This document shows positions 37,698 to 48,946 of a stretch of DNA of 64,000 nucleotides, in pieces. The notes under the pieces are model-generated. The model worked only from the letters and a program-made list of their open reading frames with translations. It did not search any database and was not told where the DNA came from. The position numbers and the translations under genes were made by a program. This stretch comes from an uncultured delta proteobacterium. GTDB lineage: Bacteria > Myxococcota > Myxococcia > Myxococcales > Myxococcaceae. The stretch is taken from positions 383,718 through 447,717 of the forward strand of contig CAVUXN010000006.1 in the NCBI GenBank assembly GCA_963745475.1. The letters run 5' to 3'. How positions within the stretch are numbered: position 1 is the first letter of the stretch; every line of letters begins with the position of its first letter.

Positions 37698-38858
37698 TCA
37701 GGCTTTTCGACCCCCCTCCAGGACCTCTAGGCCAACCGCAGGAGGGCCAATGACGCAATTGCGGCCGCGCTTCTTGGCCTCGTAGAGACGAGTGTCCGCC
37801 TGGGCGAGGACCTCCGTGAAGGTCGCTCCATCGACGGGCCAGCTGCCGACGCCGGCGCTCATGGTGAGCCAGTGGTTAACGCCGTCGACGGGGACGGCCA
37901 CCTGGGCGAGCTTGATGCGTAGGTTTTCGACGCGCTGGACCGCCTGTGCGACGTCCATTCCCGGAAACGCCACCACGAATTCCTCACCCCCGAAGCGGGC
38001 GACGAGATCGGTGGCACGGACGGCAGACCGCAGCCGTTCAGCGAGCAGCTGCAGCGCTCGGTCGCCGGCCAGGTGGCCGTGGCTGTCGTTGAACTTCTTG
38101 AATTCGTCGATGTCGAGTATCGCGATGCTGAGAACGCGTCCGCCGGCACCGGCGAGCCGCTCTTCCACGCGCTCGAGGAACGGGCGCCGCTGCGACAGGC
38201 CGGTGAGTTCGTCCGTCCCCACCATGAGTCGCAAGTGTCGCGCCCAACGAGCCACGGCAATGGCCGTCGCTCCAGTGGCTGCCACGAGGATGATCCGCAG
38301 AGCATGTCTGATGGGATAGAATTGCTCCGGAGGGCCTCGAAGCGAGCTGAGGTCCCAGTGAAAAGCCGCGTACCCGGTCAGACTTAGAAACTGCACGCCA
38401 ATGAGGGCCACCGTGAAGGCGCAGAGGCGCCAGTCGTAACGGAGCGCGGAGGTGGCGATGGCGAAGAAGTACGCCTCGAAAAGCACTGTGTTGTTCAGCC
38501 CCCCGAGTGGAGATCCAAAGAAAATAAAAATTGAAATTCCAGCGCTGATGAGCGTGACGTCAAGAGCAGAACTCACCCATGGGAGCCAGGCGTTGGTGCT
38601 CTTGGAGGCCCAAAGGTAAAGGACGCCGGCGTAGGCCAGGGCTAACGTGCACAGTCCGAGCTGCGCCCAGAGTTTCGTCCCTGTCCCTAGGCCCAGGGTT
38701 AACACGACCGCGACAAGCGTCGTGACGAGCGCGAGACGAAGCGTCGCGACAATCCGCTCCCCCGAGCTCCTGGCTCGCAAGAGGGTCTGGTCCGTCTCTG
38801 ATGCTAGGAACTCTTGGGCTCGCTCTGCCCAAAGACGGACGAAGCGCATTGGACTCAT
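37698..38858 (-). CDS. membrane-bound diguanylate cyclase (GGDEF)
   Basis: Multi-TM N-terminus. DELTGLSQRRPF, FKKFNDSHGHLAGD, and RATDLVARFGGEEFVV (GGEEF active site with an RxxD I-site 5 residues upstream). Start chosen at ATG 38858. Confidence 0.85.
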   Translation of the reverse strand: MSPMRFVRLWAERAQEFLASETDQTLLRARSSGERIVATLRLALVTTLVAVVLTLGLGTGTKLWAQLGLCTLALAYAGVLYLWASKSTNAWLPWVSSALDVTLISAGISIFIFFGSPLGGLNNTVLFEAYFFAIATSALRYDWRLCAFTVALIGVQFLSLTGYAAFHWDLSSLRGPPEQFYPIRHALRIILVAATGATAIAVARWARHLRLMVGTDELTGLSQRRPFLERVEERLAGAGGRVLSIAILDIDEFKKFNDSHGHLAGDRALQLLAERLRSAVRATDLVARFGGEEFVVAFPGMDVAQAVQRVENLRIKLAQVAVPVDGVNHWLTMSAGVGSWPVDGATFTEVLAQADTRLYEAKKRGRNCVIGPPAVGLEVLEGGRKA

Positions 38859-39266
38859 AGTTTGTAAGGACTTGCGTCGGGGCGCTACGTAGGTCGCGGT
38901 GAGTGATGCTCTCACTCCAGTTTTGCAACAGGACCAGACCTTCTTCCGTCCCGACTGCCAGATGCTCTTCTGTCCGAAACCACGCTCCACGCAAAGGTTG
39001 CAGTTGGCAACGCCGAGAGCATGTGCCTCGGCTGCACGGCCCTACGGGAGAATTCCTACATCCACGTACATCTCACTCTCGGTGTCGCGTAGAAGCATTT
39101 CGCGTCACGCTTGGCCGCTTCGCCCTGGTCCCGCGGCGCTTCTCCCGCTGTCGAGCGAGACTGCGAAGGACTCTTCGGTCTGGGGCCCGGGACTCCCAGC
39201 TTGACCCTTGGTCGGCCGAAGACGCAGGGCTACGGTTCGACGCCACGTTTCTGAGAGGGGACCCCG

Positions 39267-39776
39267 TTGATTTTCGGACTTCCGCCACTGACTTTCATCC
39301 ACACGCTCGTGAGCCTGGTGGGCATCGGCACCGGCTTCGTCGTCCTCTTTTCTGGGCTACTCGCAAGTCGGCGGGTGCCGCGCTGGACATCATGGTTTCT
39401 CGCGGCCACTGCCCTCACCAGCGTCACCGGTTTCTTTTTGCCGGCCGAACATTTCATGCCGTCGCACGCCGTGGGCATTTTGTCGTTGCTTGTCCTCGCG
39501 GTTGCGCTGTTTGCGCTCTACACGAAGCACCTCGCGGGTGGCTGGCGGCGCGCGTACGTCCTCACCGCGGTCATCGCGCTCTACTTGAACGTCTTCGTCC
39601 TGGTCGCGCAGCTGTTCGCCAAAGTCCCCGCGCTCAAAGAGCTCGCGCCCACACAAACCGAGTCTCCCTTCAAGGTGGCTCAGGGCGTGGTGTTGGTGGC
39701 ATTCATCGTCCTGGGCGCATCGGCGGCAACGCGGTTTCACCCCCAGGAGTCGACCTCTTCAGGTCAAGCGGCATGA
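39267..39776 (+). CDS. hypothetical integral membrane protein
   Basis: 169 aa with 4-5 hydrophobic helices. No motif recognised. Confidence 0.55.
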   Translation: MIFGLPPLTFIHTLVSLVGIGTGFVVLFSGLLASRRVPRWTSWFLAATALTSVTGFFLPAEHFMPSHAVGILSLLVLAVALFALYTKHLAGGWRRAYVLTAVIALYLNVFVLVAQLFAKVPALKELAPTQTESPFKVAQGVVLVAFIVLGASAATRFHPQESTSSGQAA

Positions 39777-39888
39777 GCGACGGCGCCGGCTTGAAGCATG
39801 CGCCAGAGGGCTACTCGGTCGTCGTTGGCCACGCTTTGAGGCGGACGGAACTGGGGATGACTGCCTCCAGGACCGTCCGGAGGGTGCG

Positions 39889-40341
39889 ATGACAGCGCCG
39901 GACTCGGCCAATCGCAGCTGGGCCATCGCCTTCGCGCGGCTGGTGTTGGGCCTCATCTTTTTCATGGCCGGCGCCTGGAAGGTCTTCACGCTCGGCAGCT
40001 TGGAGCACGCCCGGCGGCTGTTTGTTGAGCCGTACGCTACGACGTTCCTGCCCCGCTGGGCGTTGTGGGCGACCGGCACCCTCATCCCGTGGGTGGAACT
40101 CCTCGCCGGCGGGCTCCTCCTCATTGGGTACAGGACACGGCCAGCGCTCCTCGCTCTGGGCGCAGTGCTCGTGCTGGTTACCTTTGGCCATCTGCTCCTC
40201 GAGCCTCTGTACGAGTTTCACACGCACGTCATCCCGCGGCTTGCCCTCCTGCTCTTCCTTCTGGTGATGCCCAGGTCCGAAGACACCTTGTCCCTGGACG
40301 GGTGGCTGTTGCGGCGTCGGTCTCCGTCAGCGAACTCCTAA
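39889..40341 (+). CDS. DoxX-family membrane protein
   Basis: ARLVLGLIFFMAGAWKVF ... IPWVELLAGGLLLIGYRTRPAALLALG. Confidence 0.75.
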   Translation: MTAPDSANRSWAIAFARLVLGLIFFMAGAWKVFTLGSLEHARRLFVEPYATTFLPRWALWATGTLIPWVELLAGGLLLIGYRTRPALLALGAVLVLVTFGHLLLEPLYEFHTHVIPRLALLLFLLVMPRSEDTLSLDGWLLRRRSPSANS

Positions 40342-40575
40342 ACGCATTTCGCGCCCTAGACTCCGGCTCGTTCTTCAACCGACGGCTCAGTACCCGGGGG
40401 GCAGTGCAAACCCACTGCCCTTGCGGCGACGTTTGGCGGTCCAGGACCGAGCTTTGGAGGGAAAACTCCTAGAAACCCAAAATAACAGTGCAACGCCGGC
40501 CGACTGGACGCTCTTAACAAGAGATGCTCGGATGCTCTCGGTTCGAGTCGTGCCCGTTGAAGCCCGGAGGCAACG

Positions 40576-40749
40576 ATGCTTTTCAGGAAGCTTTTTCAGC
40601 TGCTCGTTTTGGGTGGCGCTGTCATCGGCGGCGTGTCCGGGTGCGCCACCACCAACACGAGCTCCGACGCGTCCGGCGCGAAAACCCCACCACCCAGTTC
40701 GCCTCCGCCTCCTCCGGCGAGCATGGGAAGTGGCGTTCAGGGCTGGTAG
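40576..40749 (+). CDS. possible 57-aa Pro-rich lipoprotein
   Basis: My own translation: MLFRKLFQLLVLGGAVIGGVSGCATTNTSSDASGAKTPPPSSPPPPPASMGSGVQGW. GGAGG SD 5 nt upstream, lipobox VSGC. Confidence 0.45.
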   Translation: MLFRKLFQLLVLGGAVIGGVSGCATTNTSSDASGAKTPPPSSPPPPPASMGSGVQGW

Positions 40750-40842
40750 CTCGCCCGGAGCCCGCAAGGCAGTTCCCCCGTGGCTGACGGCCTCGCGTCC
40801 GCGGCGTCACCCGGCAGGAGCCGCCGCAGGGGTACGTTTTGG

Positions 40843-41316
40843 TCAAGCGCTCTTCACCGTCGGAACGTGCCGCACGGGGAAATTGACTGAGTTGGCAATG
40901 AAGCAGAGTCGGTGAGCTTCCCGGTGAAGCTCAAGTGCGGCTTGGACGTCTTCGGCCCGGGTGATGGTTGCCTCGGGCCGGAGAATGACTTCCGTGAAGC
41001 GTCCTCCACCATCCTCGTTGACAACCAGGGTGCCCTCGGCCGCGTCGACGTACTCGACCACCACCACACCGGCGTCGGCGCAGAGGTGCAAGTACCAAAG
41101 CAGGTGGCATGTGGAGAGCGAAGCCACCAGGAGCTCTTCGGGGTTGTAGCGTTTGGAATCGCCTCGAAACGTCGGGTCGGACGAGCCGAGGATGGGCCCT
41201 GCTTTCCCGGGCCCCTGAACCTCGTGGTCCCGACTGTACGCGCGGTAGGCGCTGGTACCGGAGCCGAGGTTTCCGGTCCACCGCGTGAGAATCTCGTACT
41301 TATGGCGAGGGCCCAT
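40843..41316 (-). CDS. OsmC-family peroxiredoxin-like protein
   Basis: Starts MGPRHKYEILTRW (ATG 41316). NPEELLVASLSTCHLLWYLHLC and AHRLCFIANSV are the two conserved Cys regions. Confidence 0.85.
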   Translation of the reverse strand: MGPRHKYEILTRWTGNLGSGTSAYRAYSRDHEVQGPGKAGPILGSSDPTFRGDSKRYNPEELLVASLSTCHLLWYLHLCADAGVVVVEYVDAAEGTLVVNEDGGGRFTEVILRPEATITRAEDVQAALELHREAHRLCFIANSVNFPVRHVPTVKSA

Positions 41317-41362
41317 GCCCTGTCTCTCGTAGCGCGAAAGGCGCCCTCCAGACGAGGGGCCG

Positions 41363-41695
41363 TCAGCGCTCGGGGGGAAGGTCGTGCAATGCTTTACTGA
41401 CGGCCGCCAGAACTCGGGAGGCCAGTAGCGGTCTCTCGACAACGGCGACAACCGGGGCGCGGAAAACAACTGGGATGGGTCCCGGCGTGACGAGGGCCAC
41501 CGCACGGACGTCACTGCGTGGCAGTCCAGCCACCAGGTCCGCTTGGGATTCGTCGAGAACGACAACCATGGCGCCTGGTTTGAGGGGGAGCACGGCGCGC
41601 AGGTGCTCTGGTGTCGTGAAAGTCGCCCGTTGCGGTCCGCCGCGCAAGATGGCCGGCAGCTCTCCATCCGTCGCCGTGACGAGAAGGGCCGACAT
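41363..41695 (-). CDS. hypothetical protein, possibly a degenerate receiver-like domain
   Basis: 110 aa with an alternating beta/alpha pattern: LLVTATDGE, VVVLDES, VALVTPG, ERPLLASRVLAAV. Starts 2 nt after the receiver gene stop. Confidence 0.4.
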   Translation of the reverse strand: MSALLVTATDGELPAILRGGPQRATFTTPEHLRAVLPLKPGAMVVVLDESQADLVAGLPRSDVRAVALVTPGPIPVVFRAPVVAVVERPLLASRVLAAVSKALHDLPPER

Positions 41696-41697
41696 GG

Positions 41698-42126
41698 TCA
41701 GTGCTCGTGGGCGTGCAAGGACGCCTGCGCCGTGAGGTCCTGGGCGGCAGAGGCCACCATCCGAGCCAACTCGCCCAAGTCGACCGGTTTCTGCGCACGT
41801 CCCGCAACCATCGGGTGGTGCGCCGCAACGGTCTCGACGGTGTGGTGCGCCGAGACGAGCACCACGCGAAGCTCCGAGGCATGCGGACCGCGCGCGAGCT
41901 CGCGCAACAACTGTTGTCCATTCACTCTTGGCAGCATCAAATCCAACAAGACGACGATGGGTTGCGTGGATGCGCTTACGTAGGCAAGCGCCTCCCCGGC
42001 GTCCCCGACGGTGGCCACGGAGTAGCCACGCTCCTCGAATTTTTCGCGCAGGAAGGCCGCAAAAAACGGTTGGTCATCGACCACAAGCAGCTGCTGCCCG
42101 TTCTCGTGTGGCTGCGTTATTTCCAT
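41698..42126 (-). CDS. stand-alone response-regulator receiver protein
   Basis: Starts MEITQ (ATG 42126). LLVVDDQPFF, VVLLDLMLPRVNG, VVLVSAH and QKPVDLGEL. Confidence 0.8.
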   Translation of the reverse strand: MEITQPHENGQQLLVVDDQPFFAAFLREKFEERGYSVATVGDAGEALAYVSASTQPIVVLLDLMLPRVNGQQLLRELARGPHASELRVVLVSAHHTVETVAAHHPMVAGRAQKPVDLGELARMVASAAQDLTAQASLHAHEH

Positions 42127-42445
42127 CTTGAGCGGCACGCTCTCATGCTTCCCGCGAGCGCGTAAGCGAGGCAGCAAGGACCCGGGGGGGGAGGGCGGTG
42201 GGTCCCGATTGCCCCGGGCGAGACAGGAAGTGCATCTCACGTCCGCACTTTCGAGGGTCCCCAGTTGGCCGCCCGCCTTCCATCCACTGAAATGAGAGCG
42301 ACTGCTCGCCCGCGTCACAGGCCGGGACACCACAGCGCTCCCCCCCCGGGCCCACTGAAAGGCGAACGCGCGACGGAAGCGCGCAACGGAGAAGACGCGG
42401 CCCGACGCAGGACGGCTCGAAACTCGCCGCCCCGCAGCGGACGTC

Positions 42446-44053
<1,608 letters not shown>

Positions 44054-44257
44054 TCGTACTCCTTCAGGTTTGTTGAATTTGAAAAGAGGCGGCCAGAGCT
44101 CGTCTGACGCATTGCGGCCCTGTCGCGGCAGGCTCGTTCCGGCCTAGCGCCTTTGGGCATCCCTGGCCATGGTCCTTTGGTGCAGCGCTGGGCTGTTTCG
44201 AGGCGGCCCCGAAGGGAGGAGTGCAGGACTGCTCGCCGTGGGACGCCGCCCCAGTCC

Positions 44258-44965
44258 TCAGCGGGTGACGGAGAGGCCCGGACGGACTGCGCGGGAGATG
44301 TGGCCCTCTTCGTCCTCGACGAGCACGAGGTCTGCCTCGGTTAAGAAGAGGCCATGACCAACGACGCCGGGGAGGGCGTCGAGGGCTACCGCCAGCTCGG
44401 AGGGGTCGAGGTCCGCCGGGAGAATCGCGTCGACGACAGGGTTTCCATTGTCGGTCTCGTATTCTCCGCCTGCATCTCCCTGGCGAACTGGGCCCTCCAA
44501 GCCCAATTGCCTGAGCGCGAGACGCGTGGACGCCAGCCCAAAACGCATGACTTCCACGGGTAGAGAAGCTTTGTCCCCTAGCCGCTTCGTCAGCTTTGTT
44601 GTCTGCACCAGGTAAACGCGGCGCGCCGCAGCGTGGGCAACAATCTTCTCCCGCGTCATCGCTCCGCCCCGGCCCTTAACCATCCGCAACCGCGGGTCCA
44701 CCTCGTCGGCACCGTCGAAGAGGTAGTCGATGGCTTGCACGCCCTCCATGGCCCTCATTTTCAGCCCCAGTCGACGGCCGAGGTCTTCGGACGCTTGGCT
44801 GGTGGCGACGCAAACCAGGGCCAGCTTCTCGCTCGCTGCACGCCGCGCCAGGGCCTCGATTCCCCGCGTCGCCGCCCTCCCCGTCCCCAGACCAACCGTC
44901 ATGCCACCGCGAATCTCTTCGATGGCCGCTGCCGCGAGTGCGTCGCCGCCCATTGTCTTTTTCAC
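44258..44965 (-). CDS. rpiA: ribose-5-phosphate isomerase A
   Basis: VGLGTGRAA, FDGADEVDP and VKGRGGAMTREKIV. Start is GTG 44965 or ATG 44953. Confidence 0.9.
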   Translation of the reverse strand: MKKTMGGDALAAAAIEEIRGGMTVGLGTGRAATRGIEALARRAASEKLALVCVATSQASEDLGRRLGLKMRAMEGVQAIDYLFDGADEVDPRLRMVKGRGGAMTREKIVAHAAARRVYLVQTTKLTKRLGDKASLPVEVMRFGLASTRLALRQLGLEGPVRQGDAGGEYETDNGNPVVDAILPADLDPSELAVALDALPGVVGHGLFLTEADLVLVEDEEGHISRAVRPGLSVTR

Positions 44966-45059
44966 TCGAGACCTCCCGCTTCAGCCCAAAAGGCTAAGCG
45001 CACAACGGCCTCGGTTGGCCAGCGGCAAATGGAACTTCTTCGCGGTACCGCGACGCCTC

Positions 45060-45819
45060 CTACTCCCCGTGCCGGCCACTCCCTTGGCTGAAGCGCCAGG
45101 CCCCCTCCAGCCGTTTCGCCAGAGGCGAGTGTCGCCAGGCCGTGCCGCACCTCATTCCGCAAGGCCTCGTCTTCGGAGAGCTCCAGGGACTCGAGCATCG
45201 AGAGCCGGTCGTTTCGCATACAGCGTTGCGGCAGGGCGGTGAGCGTCTTCGCAAGCCGCACGGCCTCCGCGAGGGCTTCGCCCGTGGGTACCACTCGGTT
45301 CACCAGGCCGATGGAAAGCGCCTCCTCGGCCAACACCGGGCGGCCGGTGAGCACCAAGTCCATCGCTCGACCCAGCCCGACCAGGCGCGGCAGCCGCACC
45401 GTCCCCAAGTCCACCAGTGGAACGCCAAACCGGCGGCAAAACACACCGAAGACTGCCGACGCGGCCGCGACGCGCAAATCGCACCACAGCGCGAGCTCCA
45501 TTCCGCCGGCGACGGCGTAGCCTTCGATGGCCGCAATGACGGGCTTGGTGAGCCTCATCCTCGTCGGCCCCATGGGCCCGTCGCCGGTTTCCTCAACGGG
45601 TCGCGGCTCACCTTCGCCGAGCGCTTTGAGGTCCGCACCTGCGCAAAACGTCCCGCCCGCCCCGGTGAGAATTGCGACGTCCGCGGCTTCATCCGCCTCA
45701 AAACGACGAAAGGCTTTTGCCAAGTCCGCCGCCGTCCCAGCATCCACCGCGTTGCGTCGCTGAGGACGGTTCAGGGTGACGACGGCGACGGAACCCTCGA
45801 GTGCATATTGGACGCTCAT
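45060..45819 (-). CDS. enoyl-CoA hydratase/isomerase (crotonase) family protein with a probable 1-nt frame error near 45108-45117
   Basis: VAVVTLNRPQRRNAV, LTGAGGTFCAGADLK and IAAIEGYAVAGGMELALWCD. As assembled, the frame runs on to 44962 with a nonsense tail. Another frame (ORF 45060..45254) ends LEGAWRFSQGSGRHGE, which looks like the family C-terminus. Confidence 0.8.
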
Positions 45820-46086
45820 GGCGAAAGCCTCGGTCCGAGACTAGGAAAGCTCCAGTGCCTCCTCGCCTCGAGCTCAGCTCCTCGGGGGCGGTGCCTCATT
45901 TCCCCCCTGGGACTCCGGGGACGGCACCCGGAGAATATCCACTGGCGACTTGCGTCAAACGGAGCGTGTGGCTTCAAGAGAACATCGAGGGTTACCCCGT
46001 CCGTCCGCGGGGCAAGCCCTTGCCGAAATGGCCTTGGGCTCGCACAGTTGTACCGGGCGGTTAAGATGGGGAAGGTGGGTGTCACC

Positions 46087-46887
46087 ATGAAGGCCTTACT
46101 GGCAGCTGCACTGTTGTTGATTCCTTCGCTGGCACTGGCAACCGACGGTCCCGACTCGGCACCCGCGCAGCCGCCTCAGCCGCAGATGGCGCCTCCGCCC
46201 CCCCCCGAAAACCCTGAGCCTCCGCCCGCGGAACAAGCGTCGGTGACTCAGGACGCCTCGGCTACTGGCCAGTGGGTTTACACCCAGCAGTACGGTTGGG
46301 TGTGGATGCCTTACGGGAATTCCTACACCTACCAGCCCACCGACGGCGGGGTGCCGGACATGTACGTGTACTACCCGACGGTGGGCTGGAGTTGGGTTGT
46401 TGCGCCCTGGATTTGGGGCTGGGGCCCTCAACCCTATTGGGGCATTTATGGGTGCGCACACTATGGCTGGTACGGGTACGGTTACGGCCACTGGTATGGC
46501 TACAGGGGCGCGTACGCCAACTACTACGGCCGCGGGTACTGGACGGGAGGCCATTGGTACGGCACCGCCCACGGCGCCGCCCCCTACCACCCGGCTGGCC
46601 CGGGGATGGGCGCCGGCGCGTCGCGGTCCGGCTACGTAACCGCACGAGGCGCGTACGCGGCGCCGCGCGCAAGCTACGGGGCCCCACGGACGGGGTATGC
46701 CGCTCCTCACGGCGGCTACGCGGCTCCCCGAGGAGGCATGGGAGGCGCTCCCAGCGCCGCAGGACACCCCGGCGGCAGCTTCGGCGGTCACCCCACTGGT
46801 AGCTTCGGCGGAAGTCACTCGGGCGGCTTCAGCGGTGGCCACTCCGGTGGTGGCGGCGGCGGTCACGGTGGCGGCGGCCACCGTTGA
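46087..46887 (+). CDS. exported Trp/Tyr/Gly/His-rich protein (YxWGxW-repeat-like), paralog 1
   Basis: Real start MKALLAAALLLIPSLALA inside ORF 45142..46887. A Pro-rich linker is followed by GQWVYTQQYGWVWMPYGN...WIWGWGPQPYWGIYG...GWYGYGYGHWYGY, then a Gly/His tail ending GHGGGGHR. Confidence 0.7.
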   Translation: MKALLAAALLLIPSLALATDGPDSAPAQPPQPQMAPPPPPENPEPPPAEQASVTQDASATGQWVYTQQYGWVWMPYGNSYTYQPTDGGVPDMYVYYPTVGWSWVVAPWIWGWGPQPYWGIYGCAHYGWYGYGYGHWYGYRGAYANYYGRGYWTGGHWYGTAHGAAPYHPAGPGMGAGASRSGYVTARGAYAAPRASYGAPRTGYAAPHGGYAAPRGGMGGAPSAAGHPGGSFGGHPTGSFGGSHSGGFSGGHSGGGGGGHGGGGHR

Positions 46888-46984
46888 AGCGAATGCCCTA
46901 GACGCGGGCCCCGCGAAAAGACACCAGCGCTCGCGCTCGAGCGCTGGTGCTTCCTAGCAGTCTCCCGGGTTTCTGCCACCCTGC

Positions 46985-48391
46985 TCAACGTCCCGCGCCT
47001 GGAAGTGGGCCGAGCATCTTGCTCGGGTCGACCAGTCGGTCGAACTCCTCCGCACTCACGTAGCCGAGTGTCAGCGCCGCTTCCTTGAGCGTGACGTCGT
47101 GGTCCATGGCGTAGTGGGCCACCTTGGCGGCCTTGTCGTAGCCGATGGCTGGAGACAGCGCCGTCACCAGCATCAACGAGCGGTCCACGTCCTCTTGAAT
47201 CTTCTTCAAGTTTGGCCGGGTCCCTTCGATGCAGAACCTCCTAAAACTCGTACAGCTGTCGGCGAGGAGCGTGATGGAATGGGTGATGTTGAAGATGATG
47301 AGGGGCTTGTAGACATTCATCTCCAGGTAGCCCCCGGCTGCGCCGAACCCCACCGCCACGTCGTTTCCCATCACCTGGACCGCGACCATGCTCAGGGCCT
47401 CGACCTGCGTGGGGTTGACCTTTCCGGGCATGATGGATGAGCCCGGCTCATTCTCTGGAAGGACGAGCTCGCCCAAGCCTGCCCGTGGGCCGCTCGACAT
47501 CAACCGAATGTCGTTCGCGATTTTGTAGAGTGAGACGGCGAGCGTTCTCAGTGTCCCCGAAAGCTGTACCAGCGCATCATGTGCGCCCTGCACGGCGAAC
47601 TTGTTCGGTGCGCTGACAAAGGGAAGCCCGGTGAGCTTCGCGATTTCGGCCGCAGCGGCCTCAGCAAAGCCCACCGTTGCATTCACCCCGGTCCCCACGG
47701 CCGTCCCCCCAAGCGAGAGGCGGTAAACACCCTTGAGCGCGTCCTCGATTCGCTCCAGGTCATCGACCAGCATCGCCGCGTAGCCGGACCATTCCTGGCC
47801 GAGTGTGAGCGGAGTCGCATCCTGCATGTGCGTCCGCCCAATCTTGATGATGTCTTTCCAGGCCTCGGACTTTTCTGAAATTGCCGCGCGCAGGGCGTCG
47901 ACCGCTGGAACCAGCCGGCGCTTCACGCTCAAGGCCGCGGCCACGTACATCGCCGAGGGAAACGAGTCATTCGAGGACTGAGACAGATTTACATGGTCAT
48001 TGGGATGGACGGGCTTCTTGCTGCCGAGGGGCTTTTTGACGAGCTGGCTGATTCGGTTGGCGATGACTTCATTCACGTTCATGTTGAACTGGGTGCCGCT
48101 TCCGGTCATCCAGACATGCAGCGGGAACATGTCCTGGTGCAGGCCGGCAAGAATCTCGTCACAGACTTGGACGATGAGTCTGTGGGTGTCCTCGTCCAGT
48201 TGTTTCGCCGCGCGATTGGCGGTCGCAGACGCCTTCTTGAGGATGGCGTACGCCTCAATCATCTCGCGCGGCATGAGGTCCGCGCCGATGTTGAAGTACT
48301 GAAGCGAGCGCTGGGTTTGCGCGCCCCAGAGCTTGTCGGCCGGGACGTCAACCTCGCCCAGCGAATCGGACTCCTTGCGCACGTCGCTCAT
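46985..48391 (-). CDS. fumC: class II fumarate hydratase
   Basis: Starts [29 protein letters not shown] (ATG 48391). [24 protein letters not shown] and the [13 protein letters not shown] signature. Confidence 0.95.
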   Translation of the reverse strand: MSDVRKESDSLGEVDVPADKLWGAQTQRSLQYFNIGADLMPREMIEAYAILKKASATANRAAKQLDEDTHRLIVQVCDEILAGLHQDMFPLHVWMTGSGTQFNMNVNEVIANRISQLVKKPLGSKKPVHPNDHVNLSQSSNDSFPSAMYVAAALSVKRRLVPAVDALRAAISEKSEAWKDIIKIGRTHMQDATPLTLGQEWSGYAAMLVDDLERIEDALKGVYRLSLGGTAVGTGVNATVGFAEAAAAEIAKLTGLPFVSAPNKFAVQGAHDALVQLSGTLRTLAVSLYKIANDIRLMSSGPRAGLGELVLPENEPGSSIMPGKVNPTQVEALSMVAVQVMGNDVAVGFGAAGGYLEMNVYKPLIIFNITHSITLLADSCTSFRRFCIEGTRPNLKKIQEDVDRSLMLVTALSPAIGYDKAAKVAHYAMDHDVTLKEAALTLGYVSAEEFDRLVDPSKMLGPLPGAGR

Positions 48392-48946
48392 GCGTTGCCT
48401 CGCGCCTCTTGGGGTGGCTGTGAAAAGCTCGGCGTGACCGCAGACTGCGTCGACCCGGGAGGGGCTTGTCTTCAGCCTCCTGGACGTCCTTGCGTATAAC
48501 GCGCAACCGCCTCCTGGGGCGGGCCTTTCCCCTCGGGCTCGGACGTCTTCGACGGCAAGCGGCCAATGGCGAGGGACCGGCCGCAAGACGCTGTCCCACT
48601 TCCCCTGAGGGCCCCGCCAGCCGACGCAGGGCTGCTTCGTCGCCGGCACCTTGTGGTGGGTTACGGCGGCCCGCAAACGGGACGAGCGCTTGACCGTCCA
48701 GGGGAGGCTGTCCTTGCGCTGGCTTCCCCCTTCACCCGAGAGCCCGCTGCCCTTGGAGGGGCAAGTCACCTCCCGGCTTTCCTCGGTGTGAATACGGTCA
48801 CTTACAAACGGTGCGTAGCGCGGGAGAGTGCTTCCCCGCGGAATGAGAATTTCGCTTCTGGCCCCAAGGGCTTAGCGCGAAAAGGCACCCCCAGCGGAGG
48901 CCTTGCTCGACAAGAGCTGGCGGTTAAATTGATGATGGAGATGCAA

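Noticed and set aside
45142-46086. N-terminal 315 codons of the 581-aa ORF 45142..46887
   Set aside because: This part is antisense to the crotonase gene and looks like nonsense. A signal peptide with a plausible SD begins at 46087, so only the last 266 codons are taken as the gene.
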